Shown: positions 10,637 through 21,400 of the stretch, piece after piece
How the letters are laid out: every line of letters begins with the position of its first letter
Position numbering within the stretch: the stretch's first letter is position 1
Source of the DNA: Dimargaris cristalligena
Taxonomy: Eukaryota
Direction: 5' to 3'
DNA length: 33,337 nt
NCBI GenBank assembly: GCA_003614675.1
Contig: ML002407.1
Span: 1-33,337 of the forward strand
Position numbers and translations under genes: made by a program
Notes under the pieces: model-generated
Databases searched by the model: none
The model's input: the letters and a program-made list of their open reading frames with translations, nothing else
Told to the model about the DNA's origin: nothing

Positions 10637-11298
10637 GGTGAGAAACAGATGGCTGAGGAAGACGAATGGGCAAAAGAGACGAGGCAATCACTAAGAAGAA
10701 TCGGCGATTAGTAATGTAGTGGAATGAAGGACCAAGGGAATGTGAAATTTAGCTTGGTGAATGTCAGCCACATCCCAACCCAGTGCTCAAATTTCTCTGG
10801 AGAGAATGACCTCCCCCAATCGAGAGTGTGTGCGGCTGAGACTGGGGCTGGCTGGGGGTGGGGTCTGGCCGCAGTCATTCTAACATAATCTATGGAGGTG
10901 ATTACATAATTCATTGGTCGGCTGTAGAGTGTAAAGTAATTGGGAGGAAGGGGGTCACGAAACTCATCAATAAACCGTTACATATAGAGGCAAATAATAT
11001 AATAGTTTATTGGCACATCCTTTCCAAAGTATACAGGCTAGTTAGATATCTAAAAATAATTCTTCAGCACATCCCGCGCTACTCATCCAGCTCTTATTAT
11101 CAAAATGGTATATTATAAACCAAAGCCCACTAACCCAACCAGTACCCCCCGTATATATCAGATTCCACTCTAGATCCAATGAAAACAAAACAACTACAAA
11201 CCACACTTTTACAATAATTTATTATTCGTGAGACCAGCTGTCCCTAGGTCTTGTCTAGTAATTTCTATAGGTAGTGTTGGGTGCTATTCCTACAAGCC

Positions 11299-14100
11299 TT
11301 AAAGGGTCTTTTCGTAAAGCCCTAAATTTACCCCAAATCGAATTCGATGATTGCGAATGGTACGGGCCTTATCCTTCAGATGGGGCTGCTTACGGGCAGC
11401 CAGTACATGACTAATCCGGCCCTTACCACCAAAATCGTCCACAATAGCGGTCCAATGACTGCCGTGGCGCCGGATCCCCTCTTCGAGAGCCGCCACCTCT
11501 CCTTCGGTCCATTCCATGTGGGTCCCCCGCCGCCGGGTCGGGGGGTAACAAGGGATACCATTTTCGTGCTGCTGCAAATTGACCGGGGGGTAGGAGACTT
11601 CTGGGTTGGAGGTGGAGGGGTACCAGGACTCTCCCCCTCCAGGTCTACTACTACTGGGAACACTTAGACTATTCCAGTCGGGGTTGGGCCGCAAGGAGGT
11701 TGGCGATGTAGGGTCGGCCGAGGAAGGTCGGGTCGATATGACATCGATACTTACATCGGACATATTCCGGTAGCTGCGGGAACCGGGAAGGGCCCGCAGG
11801 TGGGGAGTGCCCCTCAACTGAAGGGGCGGGTATTTGCGGGCCGGACTGGGATCCAGCCTTTCTTCAACGAGTACGGCCCGTGGGGCAAAGCACACGGAAC
11901 GCCGAACTTTGGCGGGTTGTGGCTCATAATGGGGCACAGTATCGGTGGCGGCGGTAGAAGAGGAGGCGGGAGAGGAGGAGGTGGTGGTGGTAGTGGTAGT
12001 GGCTTGGGGGGTAGGCTCGGAAACGTGTCTTTCGATCTGCGGTGACTGACCCGGGTCTCTCCCGTTCAATTGGGGTGATATAGGCGGGGGCACCACTTCC
12101 ACCAACGTGTTGGCCCGGGCCAGTTCCTCGTCCGATCGCAGGTGGAAGGGGGTCTTGGTTAAAGGTGCCGAGTTATTCCGCTGTAAGGAGGCCGGATATT
12201 TACGGAAGGGTACCAGGGGTTCGATAGTCCGAGTGGCATTACGAAGCTGCGCCTCACTCCAGCGGCTCAGCTGCCGGATAAGTCGGGCGTCGAGGGCTAG
12301 GAAGACTTGGTGGTCGGCGTCGGGGAGAGGCGAATTGATTTCCGTTTCCACGTCCGAGATATCGGACACCTCCGGGTCGCCGCCACCCTGTACCGGTGAG
12401 TACGGTTCGGAAGGAGGATTTGGGTCGGGGGGTGTGCGTAAGGGTGGTTGAGTGTTTCTTAGTGGGTCATTGGGTATATGTTCCGGAGCACTCGGGGACT
12501 TGGTCGGCGAGGCTGAAGACAAGCGTGGATTTGATTCAATGGCAGTGCCAGTGGCGGCGACGGCGGCGGGAGATGGGGTATTCTCGGCTGGTACCCTATC
12601 CTCCGGATGGTTAATTGATGAGACACTGACATGGTCCAGAATCCCGGAAATAAATCGATATATCGTCTGGGAAATCATCACCCAATCATACTCGGCAAGT
12701 AATTTGGCCAGTGGGGCATCGGTGAGCCGGGCACTGAAGTCAAGAATTAAATGGTCGATTGTGTCGCGGCAGTTGAATGTCGGCGCACGATTACCCTCGG
12801 GCCCTTCCGAAATGCGGGCCAGCGCGGCTTGGCAGCGGACCTTAAGCTGTTCTAGGGCCCCAGCATCAAAGCCACGGTCCTTTGGCAACAGCTCCTCCAT
12901 AATGACGGACCATAGGCACATGGCGAATACCACATGCGCCAACTGGGCATCGACGGGACGACCCGCTGGTACAATCACTCGGTCGTAGAATCGTAGGGTG
13001 GCCGCCCGGAAACGAGCCAGACTCCGACCGGGGAGAAGAGAACCGGGCGATGGTGCTCCCGGGCCTCGGGTAAACGTTTGGTAGCTCTCGCGATCGATGG
13101 TTACCCCCCACGAACAGTCGCCCCGGGGCACCGCGGGTCGGAGTTGAATGAAGCCGAAAAATACGGAGCGCATGAAGAGGCAAACGTTGCCCAGAAGCAC
13201 GGCCTGCTGGGCGAATTGGCGGTGTTCGGGTTGGGTGGGGTATTTGAGATGAGCCACCACACTGTCCGGTATAAACTGGGTATCGGTGATACTGAAGGTC
13301 AATGAAGCAAACGAGAAGAAGGTATGGAAGTCGCGAATAACGTAGGTCCAGGCCGGTGATCGGGGGGCCTGCTTCCACCGGAGCTGCACTCGCTGGCGAT
13401 TGGAAGCAGTGAGGGATTGCCCAGTAGTAATCGGAAACACCTCGTCGAGCACGATGGCCATGCTCTGGATACACTGGGTGGCTAGGGTGGATAAGAGATC
13501 GAAGTCTTCGTTTCGAAAGGGCACCATAGTTGCCCTTCCAACAGTCGATATCGATGTCAATGCCGATGCTGGGATAGGCCGCAGACTGAGAGGGAGTTGC
13601 CGCTGGAGACCGATGGGGGTCGTTGCTGGCCTCCCCGGTGAACCCGTTGAAATATTAGCCGCTGAGTAGGATATAGGATGGCCCGTGGTGGGGATGTGAT
13701 CAAACGAGGGCCGGTCTTCCGAGTCAGAGAAGATTATCGTAGTGGGCAATTGACTATTCGGGACGGGTGGCAGACCAGTGACCCTCCATATACCTGCTCC
13801 TTCGACGACCCCGGGGGATTGGGAAGATCTCCGAACGGGGGACGCTACATACAAATTTTCCGGGGCCATGAGGGTATCCTTACCGTTGGGGGAGTTCCTC
13901 AGGTGGGGCCGTTTGGTGGCCGACCTGGCTGGCTGTGATAACTGCGGTGTGATTGCCGATACCGCCTGGGAGGGACGCACGGTCTTGCTGACGGCGGCCT
14001 TCTTGGAAGGGTGGGCTGAGGGCTGGCCCTTACGGTGGTAGGGGTGGGCTTTTTCAAGGCGCCGCTTGAGGGCGGCAAGCCGTTTACGGTTCTTAACCAT
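11299..14100 (-). CDS. TBF1: Telobox Myb-domain protein, Tbf1/TRF-like telomere-repeat binding factor (933 aa, single ORF)
   Basis: C-terminal single Myb repeat EWTEGEVAALEEGIRRHGSHWTAIVDDFGGKGRISHVLAARKQPHLKDKARTIR, with the telobox LKDKAR signature and the FGxxGxISxxL loop of fungal Tbf1. Also a basic N-terminus, a predicted helical central domain (~aa 195-490) and a P/S-rich linker. Confidence 0.8.
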   Translation of the reverse strand: MVKNRKRLAALKRRLEKAHPYHRKGQPSAHPSKKAAVSKTVRPSQAVSAITPQLSQPARSATKRPHLRNSPNGKDTLMAPENLYVASPVRRSSQSPGVVEGAGIWRVTGLPPVPNSQLPTTIIFSDSEDRPSFDHIPTTGHPISYSAANISTGSPGRPATTPIGLQRQLPLSLRPIPASALTSISTVGRATMVPFRNEDFDLLSTLATQCIQSMAIVLDEVFPITTGQSLTASNRQRVQLRWKQAPRSPAWTYVIRDFHTFFSFASLTFSITDTQFIPDSVVAHLKYPTQPEHRQFAQQAVLLGNVCLFMRSVFFGFIQLRPAVPRGDCSWGVTIDRESYQTFTRGPGAPSPGSLLPGRSLARFRAATLRFYDRVIVPAGRPVDAQLAHVVFAMCLWSVIMEELLPKDRGFDAGALEQLKVRCQAALARISEGPEGNRAPTFNCRDTIDHLILDFSARLTDAPLAKLLAEYDWVMISQTIYRFISGILDHVSVSSINHPEDRVPAENTPSPAAVAATGTAIESNPRLSSASPTKSPSAPEHIPNDPLRNTQPPLRTPPDPNPPSEPYSPVQGGGDPEVSDISDVETEINSPLPDADHQVFLALDARLIRQLSRWSEAQLRNATRTIEPLVPFRKYPASLQRNNSAPLTKTPFHLRSDEELARANTLVEVVPPPISPQLNGRDPGQSPQIERHVSEPTPQATTTTTTTSSSPASSSTAATDTVPHYEPQPAKVRRSVCFAPRAVLVEERLDPSPARKYPPLQLRGTPHLRALPGSRSYRNMSDVSIDVISTRPSSADPTSPTSLRPNPDWNSLSVPSSSRPGGGESWYPSTSNPEVSYPPVNLQQHENGIPCYPPTRRRGTHMEWTEGEVAALEEGIRRHGSHWTAIVDDFGGKGRISHVLAARKQPHLKDKARTIRNHRIRFGVNLGLYEKTL

Positions 14101-15485
14101 AGCGGAGGGGGGGAAACGCGCGGAAATGAGAGGACAGGCGTTGCTTCTGGGCTAGTTGGGGGTTGAGTACTAATAGCTAATAGGTCGGAGTAATAGGAAG
14201 AACAAAAGATGAGTTGGAATGGTTAAAATCGGGGGAGCCAATGTCGGTGGACTGTTACATGGAAGCTGTGAACCGGCGAATCCTCCACTAGAGTAAGTCG
14301 TGTGAATACTCTATAACGATGGTTAATAAGCGTAGACTTGCTCATGCCACAGGGAAGCCTAGTTACAAATGGGCGAGCAGTCTTGCGACAAGTAGTACCT
14401 ACCAGGCCACGGGTACTACGCGGAGACTTTCGCAACGAGGGGTGGGTCCAGGCTGAAGTTGAAGGAATTGCGAATGTATTGAAAGCCACGGCTCCATTAG
14501 GAGGGAAGAGACAAGTCAAAGGAGTTTAAAGGGAGGCTCATAAAGGAACCGGTACTCAACCGGCTGCATAGCTGCTGATATATGGAATATGGACCGGATA
14601 GCCCAACCAAACCTATGAAATGACGGGCGTGGAAATGCCTCACCCGATTGATTTAGTATCAAAATATTCCCTACAGCCGTTGATCTTAATCATAGGATTC
14701 ACGTAAAAAGGCTTAATTTTTCGCCATGGTCCCAGCACTCAGGACACAACAGCGCTCGTTGTATAACCTTGACCCTGAAATGAATGGCAGATAATCCGTC
14801 AGGGGTTAACGCGTACCACCTTTCTTGCAGCTCTGATTTGTTTAAATGAAAATTCATGTCTGTTTTTATTTTGGCTGGGGGTAGTTCAAAAACTAACACG
14901 GCCATCTGTTAGACAGACCACGGGCTAAAGAAAATATAATGAAAAGGCTACCTGGATTCATTATCGTTATAAAAAGAATTATTCGTATTACATATTGAGA
15001 GGGCAGACAAGGAGACTGCCACAAAAATCTAGTTCCCAAATTAATCAGGCCTGCGTATTATATCATAAAATAAAAATAATAGCCATAATATCTACAACCA
15101 TGTACTAGTCTATATAAAATCCTCGCTGGTGCGATCACGTTGCAACAACCGGTTCCTTGGCCGACGTTATTGTCGTTGCTACTGTTGTCGCAGTTCGGCG
15201 ACTTTCCGAGCCTCTAAGGTTTTGGGTGGACAATTGACTTACACCGATATGCTTAGTGTCCTCCTTTAACATACGAAGGGGGACCCGAGTATCCATGGCA
15301 ATTGAAAAAAGTTGAGATCGATCGACAGGCAGTTGTCGGGGTGATGCGTATACCAGGGGAGCAAACGTATATATAAATATATATAGTTATAGTTATAGTT
15401 ATATATGTATATAGATGAGGCTATAAATTCAAAATGGTATACGAAATCAAGACCACACAGGGGACAAAGAACGCCCATATCATTT

Positions 15486-18400
15486 TCAGGAGGGATCTGC
15501 TTTCAGGTGAGTGGTAGAAACGCCCTTTACCTTAGGTAAGATCAGCTTAAACAAAACATAAACGCGGGACAGAATATCGGACCGGCTAACGAATTTAACG
15601 TGGCGCCGAGTGTCCGAGCGGGTCGTAGCATCGCCGCTGCCGGGAACGGCCGGGTCATCAATCGCGGGGCAATAACAGTCCAGAGATAAGGGCTCCCCGG
15701 CCGGTGTCCATTCGGCCAAAGCAGCTATCTCGGCTTCTTTTGAAATGTCGGGGGCGCGGCAGGCCGGTACCGGGGGTCGTGGGCCGGTTTCCGAGAGATC
15801 AGTGCTAATAGCCCCCATGCCTCCAGTCTGGGGTTGTCTGGTGGGCGGGGATTGGTGTGAGGCCGAAGCCTGGGATTCGGAGGGGGGTACCGAAGTCGTT
15901 GCAACAGTAGCAGTAGCAGTAGTAAGGGCAGGGGCGGCATTGGGGTTGGTGGTAATGGTGGTGGTGGACTCGGTTTTAGGATTAGGCTCGACGATCATGT
16001 CATTGGGAGTCGCCGGTGCCGCCTGCGAATCCGGATAGAACTTATCAATGAAACTCCGCAGGATCTGAATATACAGTCTTTGAACCAAAAACTCGATAGT
16101 GGCGGCATTATGCTGCACCGGGTTTAATTTCTTGAGTTTGACAGCATGCACGAAAAGGCCGCAGAGTCGGTAGAGGGCCAGTATTTGGCGGTCTGAAGTC
16201 GGTCGGAAGGTACGTGCATTGCCCCGTTCCATGGGGATCGAAATACCCAGGAACTCGTCGGCTGACGTGCTTGGGTGGTTAGGCGCAGTGGGTGGGGTTC
16301 CGACGTTGGAATCACCACTCACGCACGAGGCAGTGTCGCCGTTCCCATTCGCGTTCGCGATAGAGGCGGTGTAGCGGTGACCAATACCGACCCGGTCCCC
16401 TGCCGCGCCGGCTAATGTTGTAGACACGGCAGGGCTAGTTTCACTGGTCATCATGGCCGGTATCCAACATTCGAGGGTATCTGCCTGATTTTCAAACCGC
16501 TCCAGACACCGCGTTTTCACCAGGGGGAGCGGATCCAATGGCTCATTATCCCCCAATGAAAGGGCCTGCGCTACCGCGCTCTCCAGGGCCACGAGATAGT
16601 GGGACGCTAGGGCCACCACCACCCCCTTGGGATCAACCAGCACATTATCGATTTTGCGTAACCGATTGGCCACCAGCAGGAACCCGTCGAGGTCTAGCGT
16701 ATGGCGGTACAGTTTAAAGAGAAACAGAAGGTATTTGTGGGCGTAGAAGTAGTGCCGGCCGGGCATTTCCCACTCCGTCTTGTAAAAATTAACGAAGGAT
16801 TTGGTCATCGAGCGGGCATTGAAGAGCGAGGCCAGCGTGGATTCAGCCCCGGCGAATTGGTGGAAGACGGATGCTTGGATCCACGCTAGGCGGTACACTG
16901 GTTTATGGTGCCATTTCTTTTTATCCATCTGCCGCAGAAGTTCCAGCCAGTCGATCAGTTCCCCGAACGCCTCCCAGTCCACCGAACTCCACGTACCAGT
17001 AGCGGACCCGGCGGAGAGAGGGTAGCGAGTCACTCGACCCAGACGCAACTCCGCCAGTTTAGGTAGATATTTTCCCAGAGGTTCGGACTCGCTGAGGAGC
17101 GCCCCGAGTTGCGTGAGGGCCTCCTGGACGGTCGTTGCAGTCACCCGCTGGAAATAGAGATCTTTTGCCAGCCGGGTCAGGATCGCGTACAAGACGTCAA
17201 TCACCCCGTCGGCAGGGGAACCGCTCGTATGGCCATTTTCGTTGCCGGCCATGAGCATGCGCAGGGCCCGGAAAAAACACGTGTAGGCGCCCAAGGGGGA
17301 GGCCTCTAGTTGATGGAGGCACTTGCCTAGCAGGAGGGCGGCCATCCAAGGGGGGTAAAGCGCGGTCTGGTTCAGGAGGGTATGCGAAGGCGGCGGTTGC
17401 GCCATACTCGTCTTAAGGGCCCGGCTAAAACAAGTGGCGGCGAGGCGATACACCTGCCGTTTGGTCGGGATAAAGGCCGAGGGCGATGTTGTAGTGCTGA
17501 ACTGGTTGTTCATTTGATCCAACCACCGCTGGCGGGAGATGGTTAAAGGGTCTTCCGGAGACCCTGAGTTCAGGGCATCCCCGTTGAATTTCCGGGGGAA
17601 CGACGCTTCGACGGTGACTTTGGGCCGGAAAACGCGATGTTGAAGCGGCTTTTTGGTCACCAACCACAGAAATTGGCCTAGTTCGTTCCAAAAGGCCGGG
17701 AGGTACAGTTCCGGGACGCGGATGGTGGAGGAGGGTGGGTCTCCCTCACCCCCCACTGGTCGGGTTCCGCGGGCCTGGTAAAAATCGTAGCATTGCGTAT
17801 AGGCTAAGAGGATAATCCGACATGACTCCACAATATCGTCTGCACTCTTGAGGAGGGAGTTGGCCCGGCGCATCAAATTATCCTTGGCGTCGTCGAAGGT
17901 GATATTAGCCAAACAGTACCACACATTCGCCCGGGTAGGTGAGACCGACAGTTGGTTACGGTACAATTCGATCACCGCATTGGTGTCGCCGCTATCTCGT
18001 GTCGAATTGAGTCGCACTCGTTGGCGCAGGACGGTGTGCAGCAGGTACCCCTGTAGGAAATAAACCTGCTGGTAGACCCGGGGGAGGGATGTACCACAGT
18101 CAAGTACCGGTAGTCGGTGGGCCACGGGCGACCGCTTTTTCGAGCCGGGTAAGGCGCGGAAGTCCACGGCGGTATCCAGGTACTCTTCGATGTCCCGCTC
18201 GTTCATGGTCACCCGCCCGTTGTCCGACGGTGGATCCCCGATGGCCTTGACAATCTCATCTAAATTGGCCTTCCAGTCATTGTTTAAGGAATGGGCGTGC
18301 CGGAACAGCCGTTCAGCGACCAGCGGGCCAAATTGGGCAAACACATACGCAGCCGAATCGAACGTAAAGGGCTGGGCCTCGCAGTCATGGTCGGCGAGAT

Positions 18401-21400
18401 TTTCGCCTAGATACACATCGTAGAGGCAATACAGGCATTGCTTCTCTTCCAGCTGGGTACGGGTATCTGCCTCCGCCACTGCCACCATCTTCGTCTCCTT
18501 GGGAACGCATGTCCGCGACAATGAGCTCCAATGGTGGATTTGCAGGCTCATGGATAGGAACGCACCCTTGTCCACGGTACACAGTCCGATCCCCCCGATA
18601 GTTTGGTGTAGCTGACGTAGACAGGCGGAAAATGAGCGGATAATCTTTTTCAGGGGCCCCGATTTCATCCACTGGGGATCCAGGCCAGTGGAGGGGAAAT
18701 CCAGGAGTAGAGGCGGGATAGTGCTGGGGTCGGTCGGGAGTTCCAACCCCAGTTGCTCGCCGGGCAAAGGGGGTTGGTAGCAAATGCACTCCGGGGGCAA
18801 TTCCTGAACGAGGCGGACCACAATCAGCAGTTCCCAAACGCGGGCCATTAGGGTATACAGTGGTACCTGGATTTCGTCTTCAGGAAGAGACTGGATATGA
18901 TCATCGTAAGCGATAATGTGTTGGGCGACACGAACAAGCACTAGTAGCGAGGTAGGCATAACCTTGCTAGTCCCGACTGCGGCCACAGCGGTGGATGGGT
19001 GAGAATCCGCGGGGGTGGCGACGAAAGGGGGCGGAATGACGTGTATCCGGCCCGGTCGGATTTGATCTGGGAGTGGACGACGTTCGGGTATATACTTGAG
19101 TAGAATGGTATGGGCGCTGGTCGTAAGGGACCGGATCGTCCGATTAATATCCTGGAGCACCGCGAAGAAGACGGCAACCAGGAGGGCCTGCTCGGTTGGG
19201 TTAGAGGCCGCTTCGGAGACGTTTCGACCGCCCCGGGCCGGTGGGAAATAGGCATCGGGCAGACCGGCGTCCATCTCCGCGGCGTACTGGAGCGCCAGAT
19301 CACTCAGATAGTCCACCCGTTCCAGCAGGCCCTGGAACTGGCAATTCCAGGCGTCCACGGGATTAGCCGGAACCCGTTTTTGGTAGGCCCGATGCAGCGT
19401 TTCCCAAATTCGTAGGCGGTCGTACTCATCAATGGTTTGATTCAGTGGGTCGACGGGGGTGGGTGTTGGATCGTCAACTAGGCCACCCAGAGGTGACGAA
19501 GGGGCTTCGGATTTCATTGAATCATTGGCATTGATGAGAACTCGGTAGAACTGGCTGGTAGGATCCGTGCCATACTGTGGGACTGGGCTCGAAATGGGGT
19601 AGAAAATGGGCCGGCCCTGGGTAATCACCTGTCGCAAGCCCCGTATACAGGGATCATAATGACCTCGGTCAAAATCGCGGTACCCTTGTCGAATTTGGCG
19701 CTGGTTGACCAATATGGACCGAATACGAAGACCAGTCGTCGGGTCCAGATGCGCCAGAAACTGACAGTTGGGTAAGTCCATTGGGGTCGCGGCTTGCCGG
19801 GTCGTTGCCTCGGGGATTGCTTCAAGGGCCCCGTTGGGGTTATTTTCGGCCACTTGACTCTTGAAATCAATCCACTGCCGACGATAGCGGAGCTGGGCGA
19901 GTTGTGTCGATTCGGCCAATAAACCAAACCGAACTCCCATTCCCAGTTCAAAGGGAACAATTAACCGGTAGAACAGGGTAAGGTAGGCGTCGCTACGGCA
20001 TTGCAAATCCGCCATATCCGGGGATCGTCCTAAACTATCGATTTGCGCATCGACGAGGCATTCACATACGCCTAGGTGACCCTGAAGCCACTCCAAATCT
20101 ACAGCCGGTGATTTTTCATTGTCGGATTCGGATTGTTCAGTCATATCCAAAACACGCCGACGGAGGCAATCGTAGAGGTCGGATCCGTATAGCACCAGGA
20201 GCTGGTGAATGGCACCCCGTAGATCCGCCGACCAGACATTGCGTTCCCAGGGACTAGACTGATTGGCTGTTGGGGCCGCTAGATCGGTCACTGCACCGGT
20301 CCAGTTGAAAATCTCCTGCCAATAGTTACAGGGCCAAAAGTGGTAGAAAAGGAAGGCCAAACAATAATCGCCTATGCCCGCCTTCTGGGCGTTGACCAGC
20401 TGAACGAACTCCCGGACTGTTTCGGGATGGGGCTTGGCTGGGGAAAGGTCCTCCCCCGTGGGGGGATGCAGTCCCTGGCGAACCATTTCCACGACGGACA
20501 TGGTGGGTTGCTGGGGGCTCGTATCCACGTCGTCCAGCAGGGTGAGAAGGGCCAGGAGGTTTTTGCCCTCGCGACCCCGTGGCTGGCCGTGCCGACGGAA
20601 CTGACGGGTTACCGCTTGGATAGTCACAGGTGCCTTTGTCCAGACCTTGAGTATCCTCTCGGCACGCTCATCAAGATCCTGGAGCTTGATCGGGTCAAGT
20701 GGGGTAACGTGGAGAGGTGTCGAGGCCCCAGTTTTTTCCGACTCATCGCCGCTACTTTTATTGACACAGTTGCCCGTCCCTGTAGGTATATCCCACCAGC
20801 CAAACCGCCGAACCAGATCAACCAGGGCCTGGTTCAGATCGGGGGCCCATTTTTTGGCTATGGTCGCCGGTTTATTCGGCGTGTCCAAGGTTAGGCCGGA
20901 CAAGGACCGCCGACCCATGGGTTTACCCTTCTTGGCGGTTAAGCGGGGGCTGGCCGACGGGCGTCGTCGGGGGGCACTGCAGTCCGATTCCGACCCGGAG
21001 ACGACCCGGTCCACCGTAGTGGGGAGGTTAAAGGAGTGGGCCCTACTTATACCCAACATTTTGAAATTGTCCTGAAGAGAAGTGCGTCGGGTTCGCTTAT
21101 ACGGGGCAGGGGGTCCGGTTGTGTCGAATGATAAGTTGGTTGGGGAGCTGGGCTGGGATGCGGTGGCACTTTTACTATGTTTTTCGGGGACATCGGTCGG
21201 TCGGCATTCCGGTACGGCCTGGTCAGTGGACTGTTGACGGAGGATGAGGTCCGAAAGCGCTGACTCGGATAATTTGCGTTTCAGGGCGGGATGGCGGTTC
21301 GGTGGCGGTGGGGGTAACTGCCGGTGATTAAATAGGACATCCTGGGACCGGTGGAGGAGACGGGAACGCGGAGGGAGAAGGTTGGACTTGGGAGGTGTGA

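Noticed and set aside
14200..14480. RNase MRP RNA on the minus strand (GAAAGUCUCC motif preceded by a P3-like stem)
   Set aside because: No downstream CR-V (GGAGCUUA-like) and no GARAR loop found, so it is not called as a feature; kept only as an unassigned structure finding.
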